From Octopus sinensis (Eukaryota): DNA of 64,000 nt. The position numbers were made by a program, and so were the translations under genes. The first letter of the stretch is position 1. Each line of letters starts with the position of its first letter. This document shows positions 38,260 to 52,095 of this stretch, one piece after another. The notes below the pieces were generated by a model, which had not been told where the DNA came from, ran no database searches, and worked only from the letters and a program-made list of their open reading frames with translations. Where the stretch lies: the NCBI RefSeq assembly GCF_006345805.1, contig NC_042998.1, forward strand, positions 5,456,001-5,520,000, read 5' to 3'.

Positions 38260-39211
38260 TCAAGTTTTGGCACAAAGCCAGCAATTTCGGGTGAGGGAAG
38301 AAGTCGATTACATTGAACCCAATGTATAACAAGTACTTATTTTATAGACCCAGAAAGGATGAAAGGCAAAGTCGTCGTCTGTGGAATTGAACACAGAACG
38401 TAAAGACGAGCGAAACGCTGCTAAGCATTGTGTCCGGCATACTAATGATTCTTATTTCTTTATTGCACACAAGGGGCTAAACATAGAGGGGATAAACAAG
38501 GACAGACAAAGGGATTAAGTCGATTACATCGATCCCCAGTGCGTAACTGGAACCTAATTTATCGACCTCGGAAGGATTAAAGGTAAAGTCGACCTCGGCG
38601 GAATTTGAACTTAGAACCCAAAATACCTATTTCTTTACTACCCACAAGGGGCTAAACATAGAGGGGACAAACAAGGACAGACATAGGTATTAAGTCGATT
38701 ACATCGACCCCAGTGCGGAAATGGTACTTAATTTATCGACCCCGAAAGGATGAAAGGCAAAGTCGACCTCGGCGGAATTTGAACTCAGAACGTAACGACA
38801 GGCGAAATACCGCTAAGCATTTCATCCGGCGTGCTAACGTTTCTGCCAGCTCGCCGCTTTAGAACTCAAAATACCTGTTTCTTTATTACCCACAAGGGGC
38901 TAAACACAGAGACAACAAACAAGGACAGACATAAGTATTAAGTCGATTACATTGACCCCAGTTCGTAACTGGTACTTAATTTATCGACCCCGAAAGGATG
39001 AAAGGCAAAGTCGACCTCGGCGGAATTTGAACTCACAACGTAACGACAGACGAAATACCGCTAAGCATTTCATCCGGCGTGCTAACGTTTCTGCCAGCTC
39101 TCCGCCTTAAGAACTCAACATACCGCTTAAGAACTCAAAATACCGCTTAAGAACTCAAAATACCGCTTAAGAACTCAAAATACCGCTAACGCTTCTGCCA
39201 GCTCACCGCCT
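38260..39211 (-). mobile_element. Tandem cluster of SINE family B copies plus 20-bp repeats (aagaactcaaaataccgctt)n
   Basis: Units at about 38452-38617, 38622-38858, 38867-39108; older partial copy 38260-38452. Confidence 0.9.
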
Positions 39212-39341
39212 GAGTTAAAATGACTATTAAAATATATTTATTAATGAGGAAATTATATCCTACAAGACAAGCATGAAACCTTATTCAAATAAAAATCTGG
39301 ATGTAAGATGTGTTTTGTTTTTGTTTTTTTTTTTATCACAG

Positions 39342-39432
39342 CATCTCTGTATGAAGTGGTTTCTGTGGTTTCTTCTTACTTCTTCCTCCATCTTCGCCAC
39401 GTAGCTCCCTACAAAAAAAAGAAAAGCTACAG
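39342..39432 (+). other. Candidate 91-nt exon
   Basis: Strong polypyrimidine acceptor ttttttttttatcacag, donor acag|gtactg, one open frame SLYEVVSVVSSYFFLHLRHVAPYKKKKSY; no homology support. Confidence 0.2.
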
Positions 39433-40787
39433 GTACTGTCTTCCTTTCTTTGACCAAACTAAAACAATAAGATAAATACAAGCAATGTATAAAGATAGTT
39501 TGTGTGTTCCTTGTACTGGTTGGTGAATACATACTGATTTATCAATTTCTATTTCTGACTTTCAATTATATGTCCCTTTATTCTGCTCAGCAATATTTTT
39601 CTGATCTTTTTTTACTTCAGATTTTTTTAATGAAATGTTGTCACAACCGTCTTTTCATTCTCTTTTCCAATTTACTTTCTTTACATATATATTTCTCCTT
39701 GTTTTTCATATAAGGCTGGATCCCACATATTTCCTTCCTGTTTTTTATTTGCATAATCCTTCATTCATTTACCATTTTAGCTTTTGTTTTCTGTTTATCA
39801 TTTGATTTACATTTTCTGTCTATCTGTCCGTCTGCTTCTCCCATTTCTTTCATCTCTATTTCACTGGGTTATTGCTTCTCTTTTTTTTTCTTTTGTTTCA
39901 TATTCAAAGATAAAGATAATAATCTACGTTATGCTACAATCTTCAAATATAGCAATGATACTAACACAAACAAAAAAAGGTATCAAACTTGTTCTGAGTG
40001 AACCATCGTATTTTTCATATCAGAACAACAGATAGCCATTAGTTATGAGATAAAAAAAAAAATATATATATATAATAAATCCATTATTATTTTTTTTACG
40101 TACACATTGAGATAAAAGAAAACGGTAAATGTTCATGGATAATACAACAGAAGTTAGCACAGTATTACATTTATTTGAGATGTGATATCATTTCAAGAAC
40201 TATAAATTAAATTGTCTTGTCGCCAGTATACAAATCCAATGAAGCTGAACGCTTCCATACTGAGAATAACAACGAATGATGATGAAGAATTCCAGTTAAA
40301 ATTTTCATCAAATGCGGACTTAACAGACCAGATATTTCTCTGGTCTGCTGGATAACTGACGATAGATCAGTTGGCCATATGATGTTAATGTCAGGTAAAT
40401 GTCAGTGAGAAGCGAAAAAAAAAATATCAATAGTTAACACTAGATTTTGTAACCTAATAATATGTTCTGAATGTATTCCTATAATCCTTAGTGCTCTTCA
40501 GTCTGTTGCGACATTTTTGCACAGTCAACTGGAGCAGCTCAAAGAAAGAAAGAACAGTAAAAGTTCGATACTAACTTTACCAATAAAATTTATTCACACT
40601 TTAATTTTCATAGAATTGTAAACAAATACATACATATATATATATATATTATATATATATATACATACATACATACATACATAACATACATGTATATATG
40701 TCTGTATATATACATGTGTGCGTTTGTATATATGTATATGTATAATTATACATATATGTATATAAGGATGTTTGTACACACACACAT

Positions 40788-40863
<76 letters not shown>

Positions 40864-41479
40864 ATATTTGCAAGGGTAAGTCAAAAGTTATATGCACTCG
40901 TGTTTCTGTAATTTATTAAAACAAAGGCAGAGTTTGAATAATTACATCGTTTTCTGATTGTTGATGCACTTCTCCCATCAGTTCACAAACTTGCTTAGCT
41001 CATCGGAAAAGGAGTGTTTTTCAAAGAATACCGTCTACGGCCAGAAATATTTAAAAATTACTGAAGCAGCAGCAATGGCAAAGGTATTAAAAATAACGGA
41101 AGCAGCAGCAGTGAAAATATTCAGCGAAAGATATTTCTTTTTCGTGAAGATTGCCAAAGTTTATGACTTTGTTTCACTGTACAAAAAATATGAACATTTA
41201 GGAGAGGCAAAGAAACACATCGATAGAGCAGAACAGAGCAAAGTTATGTTCAACATACTGTAACACCTTCAAGATCAAACAGGAAGGAAAACAATTTTGT
41301 ATAGGTGCTTATCGACAAAATGACAAATTAGAACGTATACTTTCAGACCAGGCTAAAGCTTTAGAAACTTTGGGGCCGTTACTGTTAATTTTTTGCTGGT
41401 CAGACCCATAAATACAGATATATGCGTGTTATTTTCTACTCGGAAACCCTAACACAAAAGCACTCCACAATTCCGTAAA

Positions 41480-41840
41480 ATACAACAGAGTTTAGGCTTA
41501 CATATGTCTATCTTGGACGGAGAGCTTTCCGAGGAAAGTTACAAATCTATCACCAGAACTAAACTGTTAATGGTTGATGAAATGTGTGCTTTTGGTAGAT
41601 TTTAGCGCACTGCTAGTGGTTAAAATAAATTCCAAAGGAAAATTATGTTGTGAAGGGACTGGAGATTCTGAATCAGATAAAATTTAAGACTGAATCAAAT
41701 AACTGAATCAGATAAAACACAAGAAAAGATTCCCGACCTAATAGAGATCCCAGAAAGGTAGCAACTACAAGTGGTTGTGGAAGGTAGAAGACCTCGGTGC
41801 TACAACTAAGGAAACATTAATCCTCCCAAGGCTTTCTGCC
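41480..41840 (+). pseudogene. Possible LINE ORF1 (Tx1/L1-like, zinc knuckle) remnant
   Basis: IPDLIEIP..QVVVEGRRPRCYN*G..KAFC resembles a decayed CCHC knuckle region. Confidence 0.35.
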
Positions 41841-42001
41841 TCCAATAACAACAGATAATGACAGATGAAAGAAGGCCTCCACTGATGCCATGACCCATAA
41901 TATTAACAGCAATAAAAGCAGCAACTACAGTACAAGTATCTGTGACAACTGCAACAGCATGGCACTTCAGCATCAGCAACAAGATGAGACGCAAAACAGC
42001 G

Positions 42002-42210
<209 letters not shown>

Positions 42211-42879
42211 GTATGCACAGGTATTTTTAAGTCACACAAAACTTTTATAAATAAAGCAGTCTACTTCCATTTCTTAATTATACCAATGATATGACTTCCG
42301 TTATCGAGTCATCCTTAGTCAAATTGCATGCTGACCATACCAAATTACTGATTTCTAGCTTCTCGAAATATCATGAATGATGATCTAAAATGCTAAGTTA
42401 AAGATTTTTAAAAATTACTAAAAACTAGATTCTACTCTCATTTCTTCTGTTTCTAGCATCAAAAATATTATTACTGCCAGAAAGTCTTTAATAAGGTAAA
42501 TTCTATGCTGGCAATGATATTTAAGTATTTATAAGTTACGATAAATATGTTTTTATATGTGTAGCACAACAGTTCTACACTCAGAACTAGTTTGATAGTT
42601 CTAAATTAGAAAACTAATGGAATTTTGGTCCCTTTTTATACATAAATTATTGACAACACTTAACAGTCTCATAAGTATTTATATGGCTGATGCCCGAGAT
42701 ATCTCACGTCTCGTATCCTGAACATTTAACTTCATTCAAATTGACGACTCTTGAGCTGAGACATATCATCAAATATTTAGATTTATCTATAAAACTATGA
42801 AGATTGTTATGGCACTTTCTTTCTCTATCTCTAATAGTCGAAATCAGCGAATTGACAGCCCCTTCTATCCCTTATTAAC

Positions 42880-43020
42880 AGAGTGTAACAAAGACATCCG
42901 CCAGCACTTTTTTTCAGTTAGAGTTATTACCATCTGGGACTCATTTCCATCCTCCGTTTTTCAAACTCATTTTCTCAACACCTTTAAGAGAAAAAAGTTG
43001 TTTCTTTTAGATTTGTCTAA
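42880..43020 (+). mobile_element. CR1-type LINE C-terminal fragment
   Basis: IRQHFFSVRVITIWDSFPSSV (cf. FFSxRVVNxWNSLP). Confidence 0.65.
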
Positions 43021-43169
43021 AAACCCTTGAGTGAACTGTCATGGATCGTCATTCAGCTCTGCTATTTCTTGCTAAGAGCCACTTATTAGATATGGCTTTT
43101 AGAGCGATTCTAATAAAAAAAACTAAATGACGTGGGGCAAGTATGTTCCGTGAGTCAGTGACTTCTTGC

Positions 43170-43450
43170 GAGAAGAATGCATCATGGAACGGGTAAAGAG
43201 ACAAGCAACACACTTCTGTTTTGCTAAACCAGGAGAGGATTTCCATATGCCCACAAAAGAAAAACTACTGGAAGTCCTCTATGATATCGTTTCAATCAAA
43301 CAAGGTAGGGAATGCATGGTCGTGTGTCCGATTTTAAAAACTGAGGGTGATGTGACGGAGCAGACAAAGTTGGCACCCCCTGAAAGTTTCCTACGGGATG
43401 TAAGGTAATATTTGGGAAGCCGAAATATAAGCGTAAAACCCAGATATTAG
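43170..43450 (+). pseudogene. Possible LINE ORF1 remnant
   Basis: MPTKEKLLEVL..YLGSRNISVK; only a weak resemblance. Confidence 0.25.
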
Positions 43451-43630
43451 TAGTGGTGTTAGCTAGGATCCCTTCTTAACAAAAAAAAATTCCGACCAGA
43501 TGAATTCTCTATAGACAAAAATGTTCCGAGTTTTGTAGGAGCGATCCACTTTGCATTGATATCTTAGTTTATCTCAGTATTTTGAAGTTATTCTTAATAA
43601 ACATACAATTTTATAAATGTACATATAGAT

Positions 43631-43706
<76 letters not shown>

Positions 43707-43817
43707 GAGATAGATACAATTACATATATATACATATAAGTAAGTGTTTGCAGTGTATGTGCATGTGCACGTGTCTGTATATATGTATATATGTGTGTTT
43801 ATACATACATGCATACA

Positions 43818-43850
<33 letters not shown>

Positions 43851-44761
43851 GTACACACACACGCATACATATATATATACATACGTACATACTTACATTC
43901 ACACATTTATATACATATATACATGAAATATATATATATACATAGGATAGAAATATGTTACAAAAATACATACATATATACACATATACACACACACATA
44001 GATATGTATATATGCGTACATACATTCACAAATTTATATACATATATACATATATATGTGTGTGTGTGTGCGTGTAATATATATATATATATATATGATA
44101 TATGTTTATATATGAAATATATATAAATATATATGTGATATATGTTTATATATGAAATATATATATACATATATATATATGATATATGTTTGTATATGAA
44201 ATATATATATATATATATACACATGCATATATACATATGTATATATCTGTGTGCGTATGCGTGCGTGCTTGCAAACATGTACGCATACATTTTAGTAGAT
44301 TACAAAACTGAGATGCTAAGCCTTAGTTAAGATATCCCTTTCGGATAAATTAAATAAAAGCCTTCAGGAAAAATTAGATGAGTCTTTGGTGACACTTATC
44401 AGAAGTTGTTTATGTTTGCATTTAATTTTCATCTCTCTTCCTCGACGCTACATAAACTCTTCCCTCCAGCTTATTCTTAACCAAGCAATTTTATTTGCAG
44501 AAAGAATCATGTTAAATTCGAAATGTATGTTATTGGCAAACATTTAAAATCATGATAAGAACCCACGAAGCAGTGATGCTGTAATTATGTAACCAGTGTG
44601 CGTGTCGTTTCACTGAATATCTTAGACGTTAACCAGTTTCGATCAGATATTTTGAGGTGCCGGTATTCTGTTGTGCCAGCACAAAATCTATCAATAATTA
44701 TGCAAATCACCTATGCCTATGATAAATGATATTCCAACCATGGCCACCTTGATTGTTTGTA

Positions 44762-44893
44762 CGAGCGAGTGTTGAAAAGTTCCAGGCTTTGGGTAAAAGG
44801 AAATACAGGAGGATCAGTTAATTATGATTTTATCCAACAAATTCCCCTCTCAGATTCACACACTTATAACAGTGGTACTTCAGTTTTTCTAAG

Positions 44894-44895
<2 letters not shown>
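44762..44895. mobile_element. Partial mariner-type MITE, same family as 3872-4280
   Basis: TA cgagcgagtgttgaaaagttccagg..gatcagttaattatgattttatccaac. Confidence 0.75.
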
Positions 44896-44929
<34 letters not shown>

Positions 44930-44961
44930 ACACACACACATATGCGAGTACCGGTATTTAA

Positions 44962-45190
44962 CGGCGAGCTGGCAGAAACGTTAGCACGCCGGGCGAAATG
45001 CGTAGCCGTATTTCGTCTGTCGTTACGTTGTGAGTTCAAATTCCGCCGAGGTCGACTTTGCCTTTCATCCTTTCGGGGTCGATAAATTAAGTACCAGTTA
45101 CATACTGGGGTCGATGTAATCGACTTAATACCTATGTCTGTCCTTATTTATCCCCTCTATGTTTAGCCCCTTGTGGGTAATAAAGAAATA
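44962..45190 (+). mobile_element. SINE family B
   Basis: Full-length match to 37438-37668. Confidence 0.92.
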
Positions 45191-45711
45191 GGTATTTAAC
45201 ATGTTACTGTGTGTGTGTGTGTGTGTGCTTCTCTCTCTTTATACATGTGTATGTATGTGTGTGTGTGTGTATGTGTGTATGTGTGTATGTATATATCTAT
45301 ACATATAAAGCTGAAGTTGTCTGTGTGTGTGAGATTGGCAGGTTTGGTAGCCTTCAACTAACAATATCTCCTCCGAGACCCTGCGGCGCAAGTTGACCAA
45401 AATTGAGAGTAGGATAGAAGAAGATTTGCTCTTCATTCTGTAGAAGAAAAAATTCAAATCGAACTATATTAAGACCAAAAACTATTTACATCAAACAGGT
45501 GCTTTTTTTTCTATGAAAATCCCAATTTTTTGTGATTTTTTGACTGCTGTGTCGCCATTTTTTGGTGTATTTCAACCAGAAAAATGTTCACTTGAAGAGA
45601 ATAACAAGCTTCATAATGCAAAATTTTTACTTTTCAAAAAAGATTGAGACTATGTCAAAACTTTGTTAACGCAACATCAAAGTCTGCCGTTTTAAGCGCA
45701 ACTAAAAAAGC

Positions 45712-45742
45712 AAACCCGAGCAACGCCGGGCTATACTGCTAG
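45712..45742 (+). mobile_element. Helitron 3' terminus (hairpin plus CTAG)
   Basis: caaacccgagcaacgccgggctatactgctag|t with upstream sequence unlike the other copies. Confidence 0.7.
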
Positions 45743-46034
45743 TGTATGTATATAGTGATCAAAAGACATGTGCTAAATATAAAACTGCGGAGTTCATTTG
45801 TTAATTTATGCATTTTACAAATAGAGAAGGATCCGTTTTTGCTATTGATAATTTGAAAGTCGCAAAATGCCACAAAAGGTGGTTAGTAGTGACATTGAAT
45901 AACTTCTAAATTAACAGTTACATGACTTGGTACTTGTAGATATAGTACCAGAATAATTACCCAAGATAATTAGCCCCTGTAGGACAGTTCCCACCGACGA
46001 CAACTACCCCGTAAGACAATTACTTCTTTGGTTA

Positions 46035-46263
46035 AGACGAGCTAGCAGAAACGTTAGCACGCCGGGCGAAATGCTTGGCGGTATTTCGTCTGCGTTACGT
46101 TGTGAGTTCAAATTCCGCCGAGGTCGACTTGGCCTTTCATCCTTTCGGGGTCGATAAATTAAGTACCAGTTACGCACTGGGGTCGATGTAATCGACTTAA
46201 TACCTATGTCTGTCCTTGTTTGTCCGCTCTGTGTTTAGCCCCTTGTGGGTAGTAACGAAATAG
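46035..46263 (+). mobile_element. SINE family B
   Basis: Full-length match. Confidence 0.9.
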
Positions 46264-46640
46264 GTTAATTAGTCCCTCTCCAATATATTAAGAAGCTTTA
46301 AATCATCATTTGTTGACCTCAGGGGTAATTTCTTCGGGGGGGGGGGTTTATTGTCCATGGTGGTGGTAGTGGGTTGGTAGATATATATGTGTGTTTGTGT
46401 GTGTATATATTTGAAGGTGCGTGGCTTAGAGGTATTTAGCTCACGATTTTAGGGTCGTGAGTTCGATTCCTAGCGGCGCGCTTTGTACTTGAGCAAGACG
46501 CTTTATTTCTCCTTGCTCCGGTCCACTCGACTGGCAAAAATTTCGGTGTTCCAGCCTTGATAGTAAACTTTTAACTGTAGAAATCTCTCAAACTGCTCGC
46601 CAAGGGCATCTTGTGTTCCCCCAAAGCTGTGATATCTTTC

Positions 46641-47047
46641 TCTCTTTTACTTGTTTCAGTCATTTGACTGCGGCCATGCTGGAGCACCGCCTTTAGTCGA
46701 GCAAATCGACCCCGGGACTTATTCTTTTGTAAGTCCAGTACTTATTCTATCGGTCTCTTTTGCCGAACCGCTAAGTGACGGGGACGTTAACACACCAGCA
46801 TCGGTTGTCAAGCAATGCTAGGGGGACAAACACAGACACACAATCACACACACACATATATATATATATATGTGTACATATATACGACAGGCTTCTTTCA
46901 GTTTCCGTCTACCAAATCCACTCACAAGGCATTGGTCGGCCCGGGCCTATAGCAGAAGACACTTGCCCAAGATGCCATGCACTGGGACTGAACCCACAAC
47001 CATGTGGTTGGTTAGCAAGCTACTTACCACACAGCCACTCCTGCACC
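46641..47047 (-). mobile_element. SINE family A, full length
   Basis: Head, microsatellite and tail present. Confidence 0.92.
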
Positions 47048-47274
47048 TATATATGCAACATCAATAAACGCTTCGACTGCATTTAAAGGAATTGTGTGTG
47101 TCTCACCACTGATGCATTCCAAACTAGTCGGTATTGCCAGCATCTAAACTTTTTTCCGGCATAGGGAAAAAAAACGTCACTTCTATACCTAACTAAAAAG
47201 TCTCGACCACTTGTATGATAGTCTAAGTATTCAACTTATCGCCCACCTTTAGCTGTATTAGTTACATATAGCCT

Positions 47275-47495
47275 TACTCTCTCTTTACTCTTTTATTTGT
47301 TTCAGTCATTTGACTGTGGCCATGCTGGAGCACCGCCTTTAATCGAGCAAATCGACCCCGGGACTTATTCTTTTGTAAGCCCAGTACTTATTCTATCGGT
47401 CTCTTTTGCCGAACCGCTAAGTAACAGGGACGTAAACACACCAGCATCGGTGGTCAAGCAATGCTAGGGGGACAAACACAGACACACAAACACAC

Positions 47496-47560
<65 letters not shown>

Positions 47561-47741
47561 GACAGGCTTCTTTCAGTTTCCGTCTACCAAATCCACTCAC
47601 AAGACTTTGGTCGGCCCGAGGTTTCCGTCTACCAAATCCACTCACAAGGCTTTGGTCCGCCCAAGGTGCCACGCAGTGGGACTGAACCCGGAACCATGTG
47701 GTTGGTAAACAAGCTACTTACCACACAGCCACTCCTGCTCC
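47275..47741 (-). mobile_element. SINE family A with internal ~45-bp duplication
   Basis: tttccgtctaccaaatccactcacaag..ctttggtc occurs twice (47577, 47622). Confidence 0.9.
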
Positions 47742-49284
47742 TATGAAAAGTGACGTGCCGTGACCAGGATTATAAAAATATTTTTATCGCAAACACAATG
47801 AAAGAAGTTCTAAAGAGAAAGACCTTGTCGATTATATCGCCTCCTCCCACCAACTTTATTGGTACTTTATTTTATCGAACTTGATAAGATGAAACGCAAA
47901 GTTGACCTGAACTAAGAACTTAAAGAGCCGGAACACATTTCAAAGTTTTGTCAGACGTTCCACCGGTTTTACCAATCTACCACTCTAACACACACGCACA
48001 CACACGCACACATACACACACACACATATAATCTTATAATATAATGAGATAGATGCTCTGAATATATTGTTAAATGTGAGAGGGCAATATCATATAACAT
48101 TAAGTAAGGAATACGGAGTGATGCCCGGGTCATGCACTTACTCTGACCTTAGTATATTTTTTAATAATTCCTCACCAGTAAGTATCATATATACTCATAG
48201 CATATTGTATTCTGTGCTGAGTTACAAGAATAAGGATAATCTAATTGCCATTCATGACATTTTATCTGTTCATTATAAACTAACACACACTTCTTAATTA
48301 GGCCCACCCAAGTCGCTTACTAGAAGATTTTACGGACTATAAGATATCAGTTATTCATCATCATCAGCAGCAGCAGCAGAAGCATGACATACATCCCAGG
48401 AATTCTGACCTCGGGGTCAACAGTTGTGAACGACCGTATAATAACTCCTTTGTAATGAGGAAATGCAATCTTAATGAGTGATGGAGAATATAACTGATTA
48501 ATTCAATCTCTACATATTACTAATACTTATTTTATAAACTCCCAGAGCAATTAAAGTTATTTTCGAACTCATATTTCAGCTGCCAAAATTGACAAAGAAA
48601 TTATTTAATGAGACCGTCTAGAATCTTCACCAGATGCTTATTTCGATACTACGGCATAATTCTATATTTCTCTATTCTACGTCACCTAATCAGTGAATCC
48701 TAACTTTCTAAGGTGTAACTTAATTAACTTATCTAAGTCTTCTCTTACTGTGTCTTAAGTTCTGCAGCCATCTTTGCCACTTTCTCCACTCAAATACATT
48801 TATTTCATTCTTAAATATCAACTATCTATCCCGTCACAGTAGTAATAAATCTATAAATTTGTCAATATATGTGACACTTATTTATCTCTTTGTTGCTTAA
48901 CTCAGCTAAATCCAACCTGGCCTATACGTTGAAAAGGAACGCCTAAATGCTACCAGAGGTTGCGTTGAAGTTGAAACATTTTTTTCATTTAAAACATTCA
49001 CATTCGCTTTCTTTTTATTTATTTCATTGATTTCTTTCATTAATACGTGTCATAGGTTACGTAAATAGTGAAGAGTCCTTAAATTGATATCGTTCATGTT
49101 TTACTTGTTTCACTCATTTGACTGCAGCCATGCTAGGGCACAGCCTTGAAGAGTAGTTTTAGTCGAACAAACCGGCCCTTTGACTAATTTTCGTAATTTG
49201 CTAATTCTATCACACCAACATCCGTTGTCAAGTGATGGTGGGAGACAAACACAGACACAAAGACGCACAGACATATATCTAGTA

Positions 49285-49759
49285 CCGTAAATCCTTGAGT
49301 ATAGGGGGCTGTACTTCTGAAAAACCTAAACCTTGTGTATAATACGCACCCCTTCTCTAACTTGAGCCAAGGAGGTCTATATAACGTCCTTGGTTTATAA
49401 AAATGTATACGGTAACGTACTTTATTATTATTGTATATATAAGATAATGCAAATGTGTAGCATTTTTGTGTATTTTGTTTGCAGAAAATAAAGAAATAAC
49501 AGTAATAACGTTTAATGAATTTTGCTTACTGCAAGTTATGGATGATTCTTTTATGACTTCATTGCTTTCAGGCTTAGCTTAAGGTATTTTCGCGCCCGAC
49601 ATCACAAAATGCGTCTGAATAAACATTGTCGAACAGCAAATAGAGACTTGAACATTGCTTAGAAAATAATTTTCCTTTTTAACCTCGTGTAAAATACGCA
49701 CTAGGGATTTTGACCTTTAAATTTAGGGGAAAATGCGGATTATACCCGAGGATTTACGG
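49285..49759. mobile_element. Tc1/mariner-superfamily (Tc2-like, CCGTA end) MITE with TA TSD
   Basis: TA|ccgtaaatccttgagtata ... tatacccgaggatttacgg|TA. Confidence 0.8.
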
Positions 49760-50628
49760 TATATATAAATCACAATATTTGTATTATATTGACTAACGCA
49801 TACATTTCCACATGAAACAATCGACATGATATGATCCTTGTACGTGAGTGGTAGATATTTATCCACACTGAAAGCATGAATGGTAAAACCCAGATTAGCC
49901 GCACTTGAACTCTGTACGACATAATAAATACTCTAAAGGATTTCCTCCAGCGTTCTACTCATTCTTTATTGCACCACAATTAACAAAGGAAAAAAAGAAA
50001 CGGAAGAAAATAAAGAAAATAATCCGCATTTTAAATTACTAATATATCTCAACCCTTATTCAATTTCCCTGTCTTATTTTCCCCAAAGAAACTAAAGGTT
50101 CAGATTACACCTTCTGCCAAGCAAGTACCACAAAGAAATGAAAATATCTTCAGGTAATGCATCTCAATATGTATATTTTGAGTGGCACGATTTCAGGGGA
50201 AAGTGTTATATATATTTTTAATTTTTTTATGAATAGCAATGAATGGTGTTCAAAGAAATTTATATGAATAGCAATGAATGATGTTAAAGAAATGTAGTTC
50301 ATTGATTATTTTACGAAAAGTTAAACTTACCAAAAGTTTGAATTCTTGGAAATACAGTTGATCGACACTGGTAAGATTTGTTTAGATATGTATAATCTTT
50401 AAATGAGATAGACTGAAAATATCGAAGAATTTCAATCAAGAGAAATGTAGAGATGAATTGATATTTCCAAATTGTAATTTCGCACAACTGCCACAATTGC
50501 AAAAAGCTGATTTTAGTAAGTTCATTGTAAACTTGGTAAAACTGTTCTTGTTTTAAAAAATAAGAAGGAATTAAAGGAAAAAGAGAAAATAATACGCATT
50601 TTAATCAGTTAATATATCTGTATCATAG

Positions 50629-51037
50629 GGCGGCAAGCTTGGGAGGATTGTTAGCACGCCGGGCGAAATGCCTAGCGGTATTTCGTCCGCCGTTACGTTC
50701 TGAGTTCAAATTCCGTCGAGGTCGACTTTGCCTTTCATCTGTTCGGGGTCGATTAAAAAAGTACCAGTTACGCACTGGGGTCGATATAATCGACTTAATC
50801 CGTTTGTCTGTCCTTATTTGTCCTCTCTGTGTTTAGCCCCATGTGGGTAGTAAAGAAATAGGTATTTCGTCAACCGTTACGTTCCGAGTTCAAATTCCGC
50901 CGAGATCGACTATGCCTTTCGAGATCGATTAAATAAGTACCAGATACGCACTGGATTCGATGTAATCGACTTAATCCTTTTGTCTGTCCTTGTTTGTCCC
51001 CTCTGTGTGTAGCCCCTTGTGGGCAATAAAGAAATAA
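50629..51037 (+). mobile_element. SINE family B dimer (50629-50860, 50861-51037)
   Basis: Two head-to-tail copies, second 5'-truncated. Confidence 0.88.
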
Positions 51038-51094
51038 ATATGTCTCAACCATTGCATAATTGTCTTGTCTTATTTTTCCAAAACGAAAAATCTT

Positions 51095-51520
51095 ATTATT
51101 ATGGTCGGGTTCCAAGCCGGGCCGCAGCAACAAAGTCCACCGCCACACTTCTCGGTCCATCATCACTGCTTCTAGGTCCTGGATACATTCTAGGCCAGTG
51201 TCTACAATCAAGCTGTCAGTGTATAACAACGTTTCCTTCTTCGTACATCACCATGAACTGGGTTCCACCAAACTAATTTGGATGCTTCCAGTTCAGGGTG
51301 GAGCATGTAATAACCAGATAATCGCAGCCGTCTTTGCTTCATCTTCGCGTTAAACTCTAGCAGCTCTCCACATTTGTCCTGTTGCTACCATTTCACATTA
51401 GGACCATTCATGGCATCCTTGTGTAGCATTCATTTAGCCCGTTTGACGATTTCTTTGTTAGAGTCCATGTTTCGCTGCAATATAATATCACTGTTCATTG
51501 CAACTGTTGAATCGGTGCTA
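51095..51520 (-). mobile_element. RTE/RTE-X-like LINE 3' fragment with short inverted 5' segment
   Basis: Minus: LYCSETWTLTK, RRLRLSG, SKLVWWNPVHG, DTGLECIQDLEAVMMDREVWR, (TAA)n tail; plus 51488-51520 SLFIATVESVL. Confidence 0.8.
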
Positions 51521-51654
51521 AAAAAACAAAGACTCGGTGTCAAAAAGCCATCTGCCAAGTGGGTGCCACAAAGAAATAAAAATATCTCCAGGAAGAATCT
51601 ACATTTGTAATATATTTTTTATATTTCTATCAATTACGAAATTCTCAGTTTCAT

Positions 51655-51864
51655 CTCTTTTAGTCTTTTACTTGTTTCAGTCATTTGACTGTGGCCATGC
51701 TAGCGCACCACCTTTAGTCGAGCAAATCGACCCCAGGACTTATTCTTTGTAAGCCCAGTACTTATTCTATCGGTCTCTTTTGCCGAGCCGCTAAGTTACG
51801 GGGACGTAAATACACCAGCATCGTTTATCAAGCGATGTTGGGGGGACAAACACAGACACACAAT

Positions 51865-51924
<60 letters not shown>

Positions 51925-52095
51925 CATATATGCGAAGGGGTTCTTTCAGTTTCCGTCTACCAAATCCACTCACAAGGCTTTGGTCGGCCCGGGGCTATGG
52001 TAGAAGATACTTGCCGAAGGTGCCACGTAGTGGGACTGAACTCGGAACCATATGGTTGGTAAGCAAGCTACTTACCACACAGCCACTCCTACGCC
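51655..52095 (-). mobile_element. SINE family A, full length
   Basis: Head, microsatellite and tail present. Confidence 0.92.

Noticed and set aside
39109-39187. 20-bp direct repeats as a CRISPR-like array (also 3285-3340, 28433-28470)
   Set aside because: No spacers; slippage repeats within SINE or AT-rich context; eukaryotic DNA
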